From contig NC_068999.1 in the NCBI RefSeq assembly GCF_001194135.2, positions 42,087,464-42,127,409 of the forward strand: a stretch of 39,946 nt of DNA, written 5' to 3'. Source of the stretch: Octopus bimaculoides. Taxonomy: Eukaryota. This document shows, in pieces, positions 1 through 12,641 of the stretch. Position 1 is the stretch's first letter. Every line of letters begins with the position of its first letter. Below the pieces are notes generated by a model that was not told where the DNA came from, did no database searches, and saw only the letters and a list, made by a program, of their open reading frames with translations. The translations under genes were made by a program, and so were the position numbers.

Positions 1-75
1 AAAAAACCCAACAAAGATCACTGAAAATACGAAAACAAGAAAAATAATGCTATTTTCTCTGATTTTTCTTTAGTG

Positions 76-136
76 TTGCTGTTGTTGTTGTTGTTGTTGT
101 TGTTCTTCTTCTTCTTCTTCTTCTTCTTCTTCTTCG
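76..136. repeat. Compound (GTT)n/(CTT)n microsatellite
   Basis: Read directly: a GTT run switching to a CTT run. Confidence 0.95.
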
Positions 137-443
137 TTTTCTTCTCCTTCAGCTTGAGACCGTGTCTGTTATTTTTTTTTTATGTGTTGCTAACAATACA
201 CTGATCAAAAGAAGAAATCTTAACATTCGACCAAATGAAGCCGTCAAATACCTTCTCAATATAGCTGCAAACAAATCTAATCGCTTGTCTTTGTTGCAGG
301 CGAAATATTTCGCTTGCAGTCTTTAAACAGTTCCAATTTCATTTAAGCTAGATTTTCATTCTTCATTTTTGAATAACCCCCTCCTCTCTCCCTCAGATTA
401 AAAAAAAAATCAGTACTAAACTGCAAAAATCACCGACAAATGA

Positions 444-665
444 TGGTTTCAAATTTTGGTTATAAGTCTTGCAATATTTTAGGGGAAAACAGAAAGTCGA
501 TTGCATGGACCCTAGGGCTCAAATGATGCTTATTTTATCGAGCCCGAAGAAAAAAAATGATCGGCAAAGTCAACTTCGGTAGAGCTTGAACCCAGAACGT
601 AAAAATTCGTAAGAAATACCGCTAACCATTTTCTGCAACGCACTACCAATTTTACCAGCTCCCCG
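444..665 (-). mobile_element. SINE family A copy (tRNA-type head), full length, diverged
   Basis: The reverse complement aligns along its length with the + copies at 35689 and 36461 (GAGCTGGTAAAATTG head, TACGTTCTGGGTTCAAG B-box region, CGATAAAATAAG, 3' CCAAAATTTGAAACC). Confidence 0.85.
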
Positions 666-677
666 ACATAATTATTT

Positions 678-882
678 TAGGTTTTGATACAAAGGCTAGT
701 AATTTTGAAGGGAAGAGGAAAATCGATTATACCAATCTCCCAGTATATGACTGGTACTCATTTTATGGACCCCGAAAGTATGAAAGATAAAGGTAAAGTC
801 AATCCCGGTGTTATTTGAACTCAGAACGTAAAGAATTGGAAGAAATGCCGCTAAGCGTTATGTCCGATGCTCTCACGATTCT
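678..882 (-). mobile_element. SINE family A copy, tandem with the previous copy
   Basis: Same motifs in the same order (AGAATCG...TACGTTCTGAGTTCAAAT...CTTTCGGGGTCCATAAAATGAGTACCAG). Confidence 0.85.
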
Positions 883-1099
883 TTCTTTGTTTTGTATGAG
901 TTTATGGTTTTTCTTCATTATTTTCTTTTTCCTTTTGAGATTTATGATTTGTCCAGGTGAACAGGGTTCCATTTTTTATAGATTATTCCTTTCTACCTCA
1001 CAAAGGGCAACGTTCGGGAAAAATATTCTACAAATAGGCAGCGAATACATCTTGTATATGTAAAACAAAATTCTATTTAGTCTAGTCTTATCATTTGAG

Positions 1100-1630
1100 C
1101 ATTTTTTATTGAAAGAAAATACCTTTGTAGAATCGAATATCTGACGATATCAAAAACGGAGATGGTTTAAATAAATAAAATCCTAAATATTAATCCTGTC
1201 TGTAATGTTCTTGTGAAATAAAATGTACTGTAACATGCGGGATTTTGTAAGGACTCAAAGGTAATGCAAATCCCTTTAAGACGTTTTCAAGAGACAAAAC
1301 ATGACAGCTTTGTTCCGTTCTAATGTTTTACGCATATTATAAGTGTTAGACACACACGAATTTTAATCATAGGATCTTTCAAGTGTGTATATTCATTTAA
1401 TCCTAGACTGACTAACTTTCGAACAAATCAGTAAATGTTTTGTTTACTAATTTCTGTATCGTAACAGCTCAGAAGCTCAGAACGATCGGAATTTCCGTTA
1501 CTGAGGAGATTAAATCATGTCGAAACTCAGTGTCAGGCGGTCCATCACTGTTCTGAGTGAAGCCCTGTGGTTCTAACTCATAACTCTCTTTACTGCCGTG
1601 TCACATCTGCATAGATCCTATAAACTCAAC
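1100..1630 (+). mobile_element. Probable degraded 3' end of a Penelope-like element (GIY-YIG tail-like peptide plus hammerhead-bearing terminal region)
   Basis: A frameshift-repaired reading of 1105-1180 gives FIERKYLVESNI.RYQNGDGLNK*, resembling the R..ES..I....GLN end of PLE GIY-YIG domains. A hammerhead fold lies about 300 bp downstream. PLEs are known to carry hammerheads in their terminal repeats. The peptide match is weak. Confidence 0.45.
1476..1557 (+). ncRNA. Type I hammerhead ribozyme motif (degenerate)
   Basis: The core elements occur in order: CTGAGGA (1501-07), stem II GAT/GTC, GAAA (1522-25), stem III C-TCAGT-G, and a GTC cleavage triplet (1532-34). An extended stem I pairs CTCAGAAC/GTTCTGAG, GAT/ATC, GGA/TCC and CCGTT/GGCGG. 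Confidence 0.7.
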
Positions 1631-1928
1631 AGCAGCAGCCGTGTGTGTGTGTGTGTGTGTGTGTGTCTGTCTGTGTGTGTGTGTGTGTGTGTATGATTGT
1701 GTGTATACTGTATGTTGTGCATGTATATGCGTGCTTTTAACTTGCTGTTGCTGTTGTTTAAATAACTGTTGTTGTGTAAGCTTATATCAAACCTGATGAG
1801 GTAGACTGATGATGAATGCGATTAACGCCATAATATAAATAATCTTCTTATCAAGACTACATCACCTCCGAATACATTATAAAATGTATAATATGCTCTT
1901 CAATTTCAAAGGCCGAATGCAGATTGCA

Positions 1929-1968
1929 GCAGTTATTTCTAGCAGACTGAACGACCACGAAGAAGCTT
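1929..1968. repeat. Short dispersed repeat fragment also present near 14664-14700
   Basis: GTTATTTCTAGCAGACTGAACGACCACGAAGAAG versus GCTATATCTAGCTGTTTGAACGGCCACGTCGAAG, about 70% identical and ungapped. Confidence 0.4.
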
Positions 1969-2237
1969 ATGCGTTTGCTCGTGTTAAACTTATTTTCTGT
2001 AACTGCTATAACTTTATGCGTTTTTTTCCTTCTAAAGTTTATTAAATAGCAACGATTATTATCCATTAAAGGTGTTAAACCTGGCATCAATGAATTGTTC
2101 AGACACTACCACTGTTACGAAGAGTCATTGTAATACCAAGATATTTGTTTAACGATTTCCGGTTTTCGGTGATACACGTCGCGTCCAAGAACAAAGATTG
2201 CTATCACGTTCCTGCATATCCGTGGAAAATCATCGCA

Positions 2238-2275
<38 letters not shown>

Positions 2276-2961
2276 NNNNNNNNNNNNNNNNNNNNNNNNN
2301 NNNNNNNNNNNNNNNNNNNNNNNNNNNNNNNNNNNNNNNNNNNNNNNNNNNNNNNNNNNNNNNNNNNNNNNNNNNNNNNNNNNNNNNNNNNNNNNNNNNN
2401 NNNNNNNNNNNNNNNNNNNNNNNNNNNNNNNNNNNNNNNNNNNNNNNNNNNNNNNNNNNNNNNNNNNNNNNNNNNNNNNNNNNNNNNNNNNNNNNNNNNN
2501 NNNNNNNNNNNNNNNNNNNNNNNNNNNNNNNNNNNNNNNNNNNNNNNNNNNNNNNNNNNNNNNNNNNNNNNNNNNNNNNNNNNNNNNNNNNNNNNNNNNN
2601 NNNNNNNNNNNNNNNNNNNNNNNNNNNNNNNNNNNNNNNNNNNNNNNNNNNNNNNNNNNNNNNNNNNNNNNNNNNNNNNNNNNNNNNNNNNNNNNNNNNN
2701 NNNNNNNNNNNNNNNNNNNNNNNNNNNNNNNNNNNNNNNNNNNNNNNNNNNNNNNNNNNNNNNNNNNNNNNNNNNNNNNNNNNNNNNNNNNNNNNNNNNN
2801 NNNNNNNNNNNNNNNNNNNNNNNNNNNNNNNNNNNNNNNNNNNNNNNNNNNNNNNNNNNNNNNNNNNNNNNNNNNNNNNNNNNNNNNNNNNNNNNNNNNN
2901 NNNNNNNNNNNNNNNNNNNNNNNNNNNNNNNNNNNNNNNNNNNNNNNNNNNNNNNNNNNNN

Positions 2962-3008
<47 letters not shown>

Positions 3009-3054
3009 GATATATATGTATGTATGTATGCATGTATGTATGTATGTATGTATG

Positions 3055-3087
<33 letters not shown>

Positions 3088-3591
3088 GTATATATGTATA
3101 TAACTTAATGAAATATGTTCTGAAGTTACAATATGATATCAAACATATTTCTCAGTTTCAGACAAAAAAGACTTGCAAGAAACTCAAAATAATTGAATAA
3201 TAAATAAATATTAATAGAATAAATAAAAACATAAATTCACATATGAAATTGGAATATTTTATTAACTATGTCTGTGTTTATTTAATTATTTGTACGTAAC
3301 CTAAAATATATTTTAGCAAGAATCGTTGATTGAATAATAACTTATGTTTTCCTTAAACATTATAAAATTTCACCCTCAGAATATCACTGAAATACTCATA
3401 CAGGAAATATATAAGGGTTTTTTAGTGACGTCACGGAGATTGCCTTCGTTGCAATGATATTCTGCAACAATTGTCTGTGTCTACATGCTGCTACTGTTTA
3501 TATCAAGCTTGTTATTTATTATTGCTTGTTTCCACTTTTTCGAGATCAGTGACTTTTCGTCACTGGAAGAAGTATATATATATACTTTTAT

Positions 3592-3828
3592 TGCGTATGT
3601 GTTCCCCTCAGCTGGATGGGACCCCAGTCCATCGCAGCGTTACTCAAGAAACAGAAATAAAGAGTGAGAGAAAGAGTACAACAGGGGTCACCACCACCAC
3701 CCTGCCGGAGTCTCGTGGAGGTTTTAGGTGTTTTTTCGCTCAATAAACACTCACAACGCCCGGTCTGGGAATCGAAACCGCGATCCTCCGACCGCTAGTC
3801 CGCTGCCCTAACCACTAGGCCATTGCAC
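3592..3828 (-). mobile_element. SINE family C copy with well-preserved tRNA-like head
   Basis: The minus strand reads GCAATGGCCTAGTGG (A box)...GTTTCGATTCC (B box), then a body GTGAGTGTTTATTGAGCGAAAAAACACCTAA shared with the copy at 19098. Confidence 0.85.
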
Positions 3829-4295
3829 CCCCCCCCCCNNNNNNNNNNNNNNNNNNNNNNNNNNNNNNNNNNNNNNNNNNNNNNNCTGACCAACCAACCA
3901 ACTAACCAACCAACCAACCAACCAACCAGCCAGCCAGCCAGCACGAAACTAAATAAAATTCTCGGTTTGCGGATCGAAGGAACAAACGAAAATATCTTGA
4001 ACTCTTTCTAAATACTCTATCGTTGATTATAAGTCAGTAATTTGAGACATAATTGCTGTTATTCCATCTATTTCTACATAACAAGATTAACAGACTTCTT
4101 GCGTGACTTCATTCTATCCTGGCATTATTCCAGTTGTTCCAGAGAACGATTTCGCTTTCCACAATTCAAAGAAAACGCGTTGCGTATCCCATCATCACAA
4201 ACGTATTGCCAAAGGATAATAAACAATGTGTTCTTGAAATATACGCAATGGATAGGGAAAAACTAACAACAATAACAACAACAGCAACAAAAATA

Positions 4296-4436
4296 TTGGT
4301 TTTAAATTTTGGCACAAGGCCAGCAATTTCAGGGGAGGGGCTAAGTCGACTACATCGACTCCAGTGCTCAAATGGTACTTATTTGATCGACCGCGAAAGG
4401 AGGAAAAGCAAAGTCTATCTCAGCGGACTTTGAACT
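4296..4436 (-). mobile_element. SINE family A, 5'-truncated at the B box, with a (TTG)n-like tail
   Basis: Matches the 3' two-thirds of family A (GTCGATGTAGTCGACT, GGCCTTGTGCC). The tail is the AAC-rich run at 4262-4290 on +. Confidence 0.85.
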
Positions 4437-4570
4437 TCTGTCTACCAAATCCACTCACAAGGCTTTGGTCGCCTGTGACTACAGTAGAAGACACTTGCCC
4501 CGGGTACCACGCAGTGAGATGAGAACCCAAAACCATGTGGCTGGGAAGCAATTTTCTTTCCACACAGTCA
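4437..4570 (-). mobile_element. SINE family B head (tRNA plus CORE-like domain)
   Basis: The reverse complement matches 14052-14183 (GGCAAGTGTCTTCTACT, GACCAAAGCCTTGTGAGTGGATTTGGTAGAC). Confidence 0.85.
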
Positions 4571-4892
4571 AATTGGACAAACAGCGGAAGGGAATTCTAC
4601 CGCCTCTGTGCATTAGAATGACTATCACTGGATTATTTAGTTGGCCAAGTTTATTCCCCACGGCCTGTTTATAACGAATTTTCCATCTTGTTTCACTCCT
4701 CTTTTATCTTTGTGTTTGTGCGTATATATATTTATAAATGTGTGCATGTATATATCTTTTTATTAATATTTAGCAGAAGCAACAGAAACGAGAGTTTCGT
4801 GCGTTGGCACTTATCAACCTTTTGATAAGAGCCCAAACGCAAAACACTTGGACCTTGAGTCACTCAGTTGCTCCAGCTACATATATACATAC

Positions 4893-4948
<56 letters not shown>

Positions 4949-5236
4949 NNNNNNNNNNNNNNNNNNNNNNNNNNNNNNNNNNNNNNNNNNNNNNNNNNNN
5001 NNNNNNNNNNNNNNNNNNNNNNNNNNNNNNNNNNNNNNNNNNNNNNNNNNNNNNNNNNNNNNNNNNNNNNNNNNNNNNNNNNNNNNNNNNNNNNNNNNNN
5101 NNNNNNNNNNNNNNNNNNNNNNNNNNNNNNNNNNNNNNNNNNNNNNNNNNNNNNNNNNNNNNNNNNNNNNNNNNNNNNNNNNNNNNNNNNNNNNNNNNNN
5201 NNNNNNNNNNNNNNNNNNNNNNNNNNNNNNNNNNNN

Positions 5237-5276
<40 letters not shown>

Positions 5277-5745
5277 ACACATACACACACACTTTCAGAT
5301 ATACACATATAAACTAATCAATATACACTCATAGCATATATACATATACATACAACTTTAGATTCTGATCCAGATCTAATATGGGTCATTCATATATTTC
5401 ATTTGAGATTTAATAGCAGCCTTCCTTAGTTTCTTCCCCCCTTCCTTCGTTCTTTCGTTCGTTCGTTTATTCGTTCGTTCGTTCTTTCACTGTTTCTTAT
5501 TTCTTGTTTCTTTCTTACTACTATTATTTTGTTTTGTTTTGGTTTGGTTTGTTTAAAATCTTGTTTCGTTTTCTTTGGTTTTGTTTCTCCTTTAATTCAT
5601 TTCATTTCCAATATCATGCACACACAGAGACAAACACACTCACACACTAAGTTATTTACACAGAGAAAACACACACACACATACGCAGACACGTATGTAT
5701 GCATGTATGTATGTATCTATCTATCTATCTATATATGTGTGTGTG

Positions 5746-5784
<39 letters not shown>

Positions 5785-6601
5785 TCATACACGTATAGGC
5801 ATAGATTGATAGATACGTACATNNNNNNNNNNATATATATATATATATATATATATATATACTTAGGCATACATATATGGCATACATATATATATGCGTA
5901 TGTATAGGCATACATACATATATGCGTATGTATACATACATACATATATATATACTTAGACACATATACGCATACACAAACATATCTGCGTATGTATACA
6001 TATTATTTTACATATAGATATATATTTACATATTATACACATACATATCCATATAGATATAAATATTATACACACCAGGACCAACACGCCGCGAATGTAT
6101 ATCTGTACATAATTGATACATACACACCTCTGACAACACGCACACACGCACACATAATCACGCGCGCGTGCGCACAGACAGAGAGAACAGTTATCGATTC
6201 ACAGAAATATGAGCAATTACTCCTTCAGACATGTTGAGCGTTGGATGTTGGCAGGCAGCCAATATGTAAATCTTCGCACAATTTTTCTTGGTGCGATTGG
6301 ATTGTTTTGCTTAAAGTACACGGCCGTGGATGATCTGTGTTATCTCGAGATGAATCCAGACAGCTCTCTGACACATACGATGGAGTACACACACACACAT
6401 GCACACACACTAGACATTTGTATACGGATACAGTCTTATATATATATCTACGTCAGTATGTGCATAGTGGTCTACTAATGATAAGAACGTTCGTAAAATA
6501 TACATAAATCAATATATATATTCTTATATACAGATACATGTACACACACGTACAAATACACACATATATTCATACATACATACATACATTCGTCCATACA
6601 A

Positions 6602-6632
<31 letters not shown>

Positions 6633-7527
6633 TATATATGTGTGTGTTTCTGTTTGAGTGCATGGGCGAAGGCTTGTGTGGTGTATGTGTGCACGCGTGT
6701 GCGCGCGCGTGTGTGTGTGTGTGTGTGTGTGTGTGAGGCGTGGTGTACAAGTTCGATTCGTAGGTAGTGTATTTGTGAGTGAAGTTAGAGTGTCGGATGT
6801 AATACCTTGCTGTATTTCCTTTTCACCATATCACCTCGTGCCACCAATATCTTATCAACCCAAAGTAGTGTGCTTGGGAAATCGCAAGAACATTTGACCA
6901 GACGTCTTGGTGTACTTGTTCTGACTCTTTGGGCGTTTAGTTCGCATCATCCTATGGTCTAAATACTCATCCTGTTTTCTACTGCTAACTAGTAGCTTGG
7001 GTGTCTTTTTTTTGTAGGGGCCATTCTGTTGCATTTACACAAACAGGATTTGCACTAGTTTCAGAATGTCTGCGAAAGGTTATGTGCATTGGTTTCTTTC
7101 TTTATTGAAAAATAATAACTAAACAGAAAAGAAAAGAAGAAAAACGAAAAGTAAGCATTAACTTCCGGATTCGACTCCCCTACTCAATAAATTTCACACA
7201 CACACATGAATAAATCTATGTTTACTGTAAAAATAAAATGGCGGCTATTGTGCAATTACATACATACACACTTAAACGTCTATGTAAACATAAATATAAA
7301 GTAAATCCGCATATATATATATATATGCACGTGTGCTTACATTACTTATGTTTATATATAAGTTTACGCGTGCGTGTAATTGTCTTGCAGTGTATTTTTA
7401 ATGTTGGCGTAGAAATACTTGCTGTTGTAGTTGTAGAAATGCTAGTAGTAGTAGCAGTGGTATTAGTATTAGTCGTAATATGAGTAGTAGTAGTAGTAGT
7501 AGTGGTTGTTGTTTTTGTTGAAAAAAG

Positions 7528-7670
7528 GGCTGCGAAGTGACCGAGCTGTTAGAGTTTAGGCGAGAATGCTTCACGGAATTTTGGTCTCGTCTCTCTGCAT
7601 TCCTGAATCAAAAGTGCGACGGATGTCAGCTTTGCTCTCTAGCCTTTGAAGGTCGATAAAAAGAATCCAA
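7528..7670 (+). mobile_element. SINE family A, old diverged 5' part
   Basis: Colinear with the family A head through GGTCGATAAAAAG; preceded by (GTA)n. Confidence 0.6.
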
Positions 7671-8074
7671 ATATCCATCGAAATCCAGAGTGGTAAAATG
7701 GTGGAATTTTTAAAAGATCTGACGGGATGACTTGTATTATCTATTTCGACTCCATGTCATTTGAAATGAAATCGCCTCGCCTCGCCTCGTCACCAGAAAT
7801 CGGTGAGACTTATCTCAGGATCCACAAAGAATATCTGCAACATAAAAAAAGAACCGATAGATCTAAAACATCTGTGTCTCACCTATGTATGCACGCACAG
7901 ATATGTGTGTATATATGTGTTAGTATGAGTGTGTACAGGGTGTTCTTTGTGATGAATACTTGATCTGTCGGAGTATAATCCTCGTGGCTGTGAATATATG
8001 TATGAATGTTTATACATACATACATACATACATACATACACACACACACACTATCTGTCTGCCTGTCTGTCTAT

Positions 8075-8108
<34 letters not shown>

Positions 8109-8118
8109 TTTATATTAT

Positions 8119-8276
8119 AGCCACAAAATTGAAATTTTGGGGAAGGGTTAAGATAATTAGATGGGTCCTAGTGCTCAACTGGCACTTATTTCAACGACCC
8201 TTGCTGTATTTAAACCCAGAACGTAAAAATGTACGAAATTCCATAGTCCACTTTATCCGGCGTGGCAACGATTCTG
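8119..8276 (-). mobile_element. SINE family A with internal deletion
   Basis: Contains CAGAATCGTTG (head), TACGTTCTGGGTTTAAAT and AAATAAGTGCCAGTTGAGCACTAGGG. Confidence 0.7.
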
Positions 8277-8495
8277 ATACTTCATAGTCTTTATATATAT
8301 ATATGTATGTGTGTGTGTGTGAGTGTGTAAAACGCTTTTCACGTTTACTCTGCAAGTTTGTATCGAGTTCTGTCACATATAAAGTACAAGCCCAAACAAA
8401 AGATGCACACAAACACACGCACACACATACACACACATATACACGCATTCACATACATATATACATATATATGCATATATATGTGTGTGTGCAAA

Positions 8496-8563
<68 letters not shown>

Positions 8564-9724
8564 AACTCAGACACACATGTATTTGTGTGTGTGTGTATGT
8601 GTGTGAGTAAGTTTCTGTGTGTGTGAATGCGTTTGTTTATGCGTAAATTCACTTCTGTCTAAATCTGCATTTAATACACGAACAAACATCAGCTCTTAAT
8701 AACACATATTAAATGTTATAGAGAAAAAACATAACAAACAACTACAACAAAAATGGCGTCCATATAATCGAAAAGCAAAAAGAAAAAAAAAACGGACCGA
8801 TATTTATACAAATATACTTAAGTGTATAAAGTTTTTTTTTTCATATAAACACAGTAAGTTCAATATTATATATTAGAAAAATAGAATTAATATTTACTCA
8901 TTTTCTCATTCAAACAACCAAATTGTAGACGTTTATACAAAGATGTATACAAAAAATAAACAGAAAATGTATAACTGCTTAATTTCTATCATGTATATAC
9001 AACATAGATCTTAATACGTATATAATAAACAGATAAACATATTTGTGATGGAGAAACTCATAAAAAAAAATCATTGGTCTAAAAGATATACGATGTCCGT
9101 AGTCAACAAATAACTAGAGTGTAAAAACACATACAAGTACAAATTAAATCGTAATCAACTGGTAGTGTTGTCTGAGGGTTACACAGAATGATTTTTTTCT
9201 AGTAATTAAGTTCGGCGTTGTGATTTCAAAGCCCGTCGACTACAACTTTCCTTTTCTTTTTCTTGTTTGTTCGGAGTTGAGATGAAAAAAAAAAAAAACT
9301 ATTCCAGTAATGAATTGGTGAAATTTATGAGAGTGTCGGATTAAATGTCTTGCGGTAATGTTTCGGCATTTTACGTTCTTAATCGTAAAGAACCGAAACA
9401 TCTCNNNNNNNNNNTTAATCGTAAAGAACCGAAACATCTCTTGTAATATGAACCACTGTGAACGAGTTCTTTTGTGAAAGTATTTAGAAAGGCAGTTCGT
9501 AATTGCTAGGTTATCACTCCCAATGAAAACGCAACAGATGGTAGGAAAGAATTAGGCTCTCGAGAGGACTAAACCGCAAGTAGACAAAGGAGAAAGATAC
9601 AATAACAAATATTAGCGCTTCTGATGGTTTTGCATTTTTTAAAATACTAAAATCGCATGAGTAAATTCTACAGCCAAATGAGTTTATTTTTTGTTGCTGT
9701 TATTGTTTGGCTTCGTGTATATGT

Positions 9725-9888
9725 ATACTACGGATTTTTACGTTTCCGGCAGCAGAATTCGCTCTCAAAGTATGGTTATCCCAGGGCAAGACATGCGCCC
9801 CCAGTGTCCAAGTGTGCTACTGTGTAGGATTGAACATGAAGCAACGTCTTTGCGAAGCCAACTTCTTAACCACTCAACCATTCCTGTG
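9725..9888 (-). mobile_element. SINE family B, diverged
   Basis: The minus strand reads GAGTGGTTAAGAAGTTGGCTTCGC...GTTCAATCC...TTTGAGAGCGAATT...CGGAAAC, colinear with 14052 and 17534. Confidence 0.6.
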
Positions 9889-9899
9889 TATATATCCTT

Positions 9900-10433
<534 letters not shown>

Positions 10434-11976
10434 NNNNNNNNNNNNNNNNNNNNNNNNNNNNNNNNNNNNNNNNNNNNNNNNNNNNNNNNNNNNNNNNNNN
10501 NNNNNNNNNNNNNNNNNNNNNNNNNNNNNNNNNNNNNNNNNNNNNNNNNNNNNNNNNNNNNNNNNNNNNNNNNNNNNNNNNNNNNNNNNNNNNNNNNNNN
10601 NNNNNNNNNNNNNNNNNNNNNNNNNNNNNNNNNNNNNNNNNNNNNNNNNNNNNNNNNNNNNNNNNNNNNNNNNNNNNNNNNNNNNNNNNNNNNNNNNNNN
10701 NNNNNNNNNNNNNNNNNNNNNNNNNNNNNNNNNNNNNNNNNNNNNNNNNNNNNNNNNNNNNNNNNNNNNNNNNNNNNNNNNNNNNNNNNNNNNNNNNNNN
10801 NNNNNNNNNNNNNNNNNNNNNNNNNNNNNNNNNNNNNNNNNNNNNNNNNNNNNNNNNNNNNNNNNNNNNNNNNNNNNNNNNNNNNNNNNNNNNNNNNNNN
10901 NNNNNNNNNNNNNNNNNNNNNNNNNNNNNNNNNNNNNNNNNNNNNNNNNNNNNNNNNNNNNNNNNNNNNNNNNNNNNNNNNNNNNNNNNNNNNNNNNNNN
11001 NNNNNNNNNNNNNNNNNNNNNNNNNNNNNNNNNNNNNNNNNNNNNNNNNNNNNNNNNNNNNNNNNNNNNNNNNNNNNNNNNNNNNNNNNNNNNNNNNNNN
11101 NNNNNNNNNNNNNNNNNNNNNNNNNNNNNNNNNNNNNNNNNNNNNNNNNNNNNNNNNNNNNNNNNNNNTATATATATATATACATATGTTAGTATATATA
11201 TATATATATGTGTGTGTGTGTATGTGTGCGTGTACATATATATATGTGCGTATATATATATATATAAATATACACGCATACATACTCACGTAGATACATA
11301 TGATGCTATGCTTGAACATGTGTCTAAATAGCTTAAGCAAATATATGAGATGAAGATGAGATTCCGAGATTCATTGGTGTTATAACATTACGAAGGCTGT
11401 ATTATTGTAAATCAACGTACACAAACAATGATTATATATGTCAATAGATATTATTAAATATTTGGAAAATGTCTATAGATTGGTGAATTTACGGCCTGTA
11501 ATTTCGATATATTATACTTTGCATACACTTTACTCTGATGAGTCCGCAGCATAGGCAAATCCCTTAAATAACGGCTTCTACATATAGGCATCCACTGCGG
11601 TTGAGGTAATCACTTTAAGCCATTGTAACGATGTGACGTTGACGATTGTTGCTTGTGGTTGATATGTTAAATATAATTCTTACTGTGAATATCTATTAAG
11701 AGGGACAGCCACGGATAGGCTGACTTGATTTTTTACATTGCATTGTATTGATACAACGTTTTAAGATTTGTTAGGTACACTAAACTGAATGGGATAATAA
11801 ACAGTACAAATGTATAATATATTGGATTTTGCTTCGGACAAAACCCTTCGTCAGAGCAGATACACCAATTAGAACGCTTTACAAACATTTGTAAATATTC
11901 ATCCTCTCATACATTTCTCTGTCAGTGATTGTCCGTATGTCTGCCTGTCTCCCACCCCAGTGTATGTATGTGTGTA

Positions 11977-12015
<39 letters not shown>

Positions 12016-12037
12016 TTATTAAAATTAAAATAAATAA

Positions 12038-12197
12038 GAGGCGCCATGGTTCAATGGTTAAGACGTTTGTTTCATAACCAAGATGTCTCATCCAGTTCCG
12101 CTGTTGCATCTTGGGAAAACATCATCTAACACATCGTTCTGTTGAGTTAAACCTTGAGAATGAAACTGCATCTATGGAAACTGCGGGGAAGCCCTTT
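12038..12197 (+). mobile_element. SINE family B, diverged
   Basis: GAGGCGCCATGGTTCAATGGTTAAG head, CATCTTGGGAAA CORE-like motif, CCTTGAGAATGAA...GGAAACTG. Confidence 0.55.
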
Positions 12198-12606
12198 GGA
12201 GCGACAGTGTCGGCAATTTATTGGTCCAATCTTGTTAAAGAATGTGGGACGCCGATTCCAAAGACATCTGCATCTGATTAAACCATACAGGTTGTGATTG
12301 TACATTGGAAGCCTCTTATAGAGTTCACTTTAAGACAGAGAACTTTAGATAATTAGCACCGGTTGATAACATTATGCAGATGATATAACAATATCGCGAG
12401 TGTGTTTGAAATGTATTAATTTTGAGAACAATTACCGTTTGATAACATCACATATGATGACAGTAAACGGCTCCCACTAAGTTCATGAAAACTTACTTGG
12501 CATATACATACATATATACGTACGTACATACATACATATACGAACATACTTATATGCTTACATATATACGTACCTATACACACACATATCCATACATACA
12601 TTCATG

Positions 12607-12641
<35 letters not shown>

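Noticed and set aside
1791-1815. CTGATGA motifs at about 1792 and 1805 (also 26087, 30104, 34412)
   Set aside because: No stem II followed by GAAA and NUH; the 30104 site is part of a SINE tail.
1857-2090. 77-aa minus-strand ORF
   Set aside because: No recognisable domain, and it overlaps a dispersed repeat fragment also seen near 14664.
3755-3828. Possible tRNA gene on the minus strand
   Set aside because: It has good A and B boxes, but no clean acceptor stem or 7-nt anticodon loop, and it continues into a body shared with 19098. It is a SINE head.
6790-7095. Possible decayed 3' end of another RLE LINE on the minus strand (NAHNLSQTF resembling TAHILRK)
   Set aside because: The similarity is too short and degenerate to support without a library search.
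7235-8760. YY1-like motifs AAAATGGCGGCT (7235) and CAAAAATGGCGTC (8748)
   Set aside because: Short motifs with no CpG island, TSS evidence or downstream ORF.
9379-9440. Exact 26-bp direct repeat around a 10-N gap
   Set aside because: Typical unmerged contig overlap, so an assembly artifact.
12371-12400. HYADDITIS, a reverse-transcriptase-like motif
   Set aside because: It has stops immediately upstream and no other RT motifs nearby; one YADD in six frames of this much AT-rich DNA is plausible by chance.
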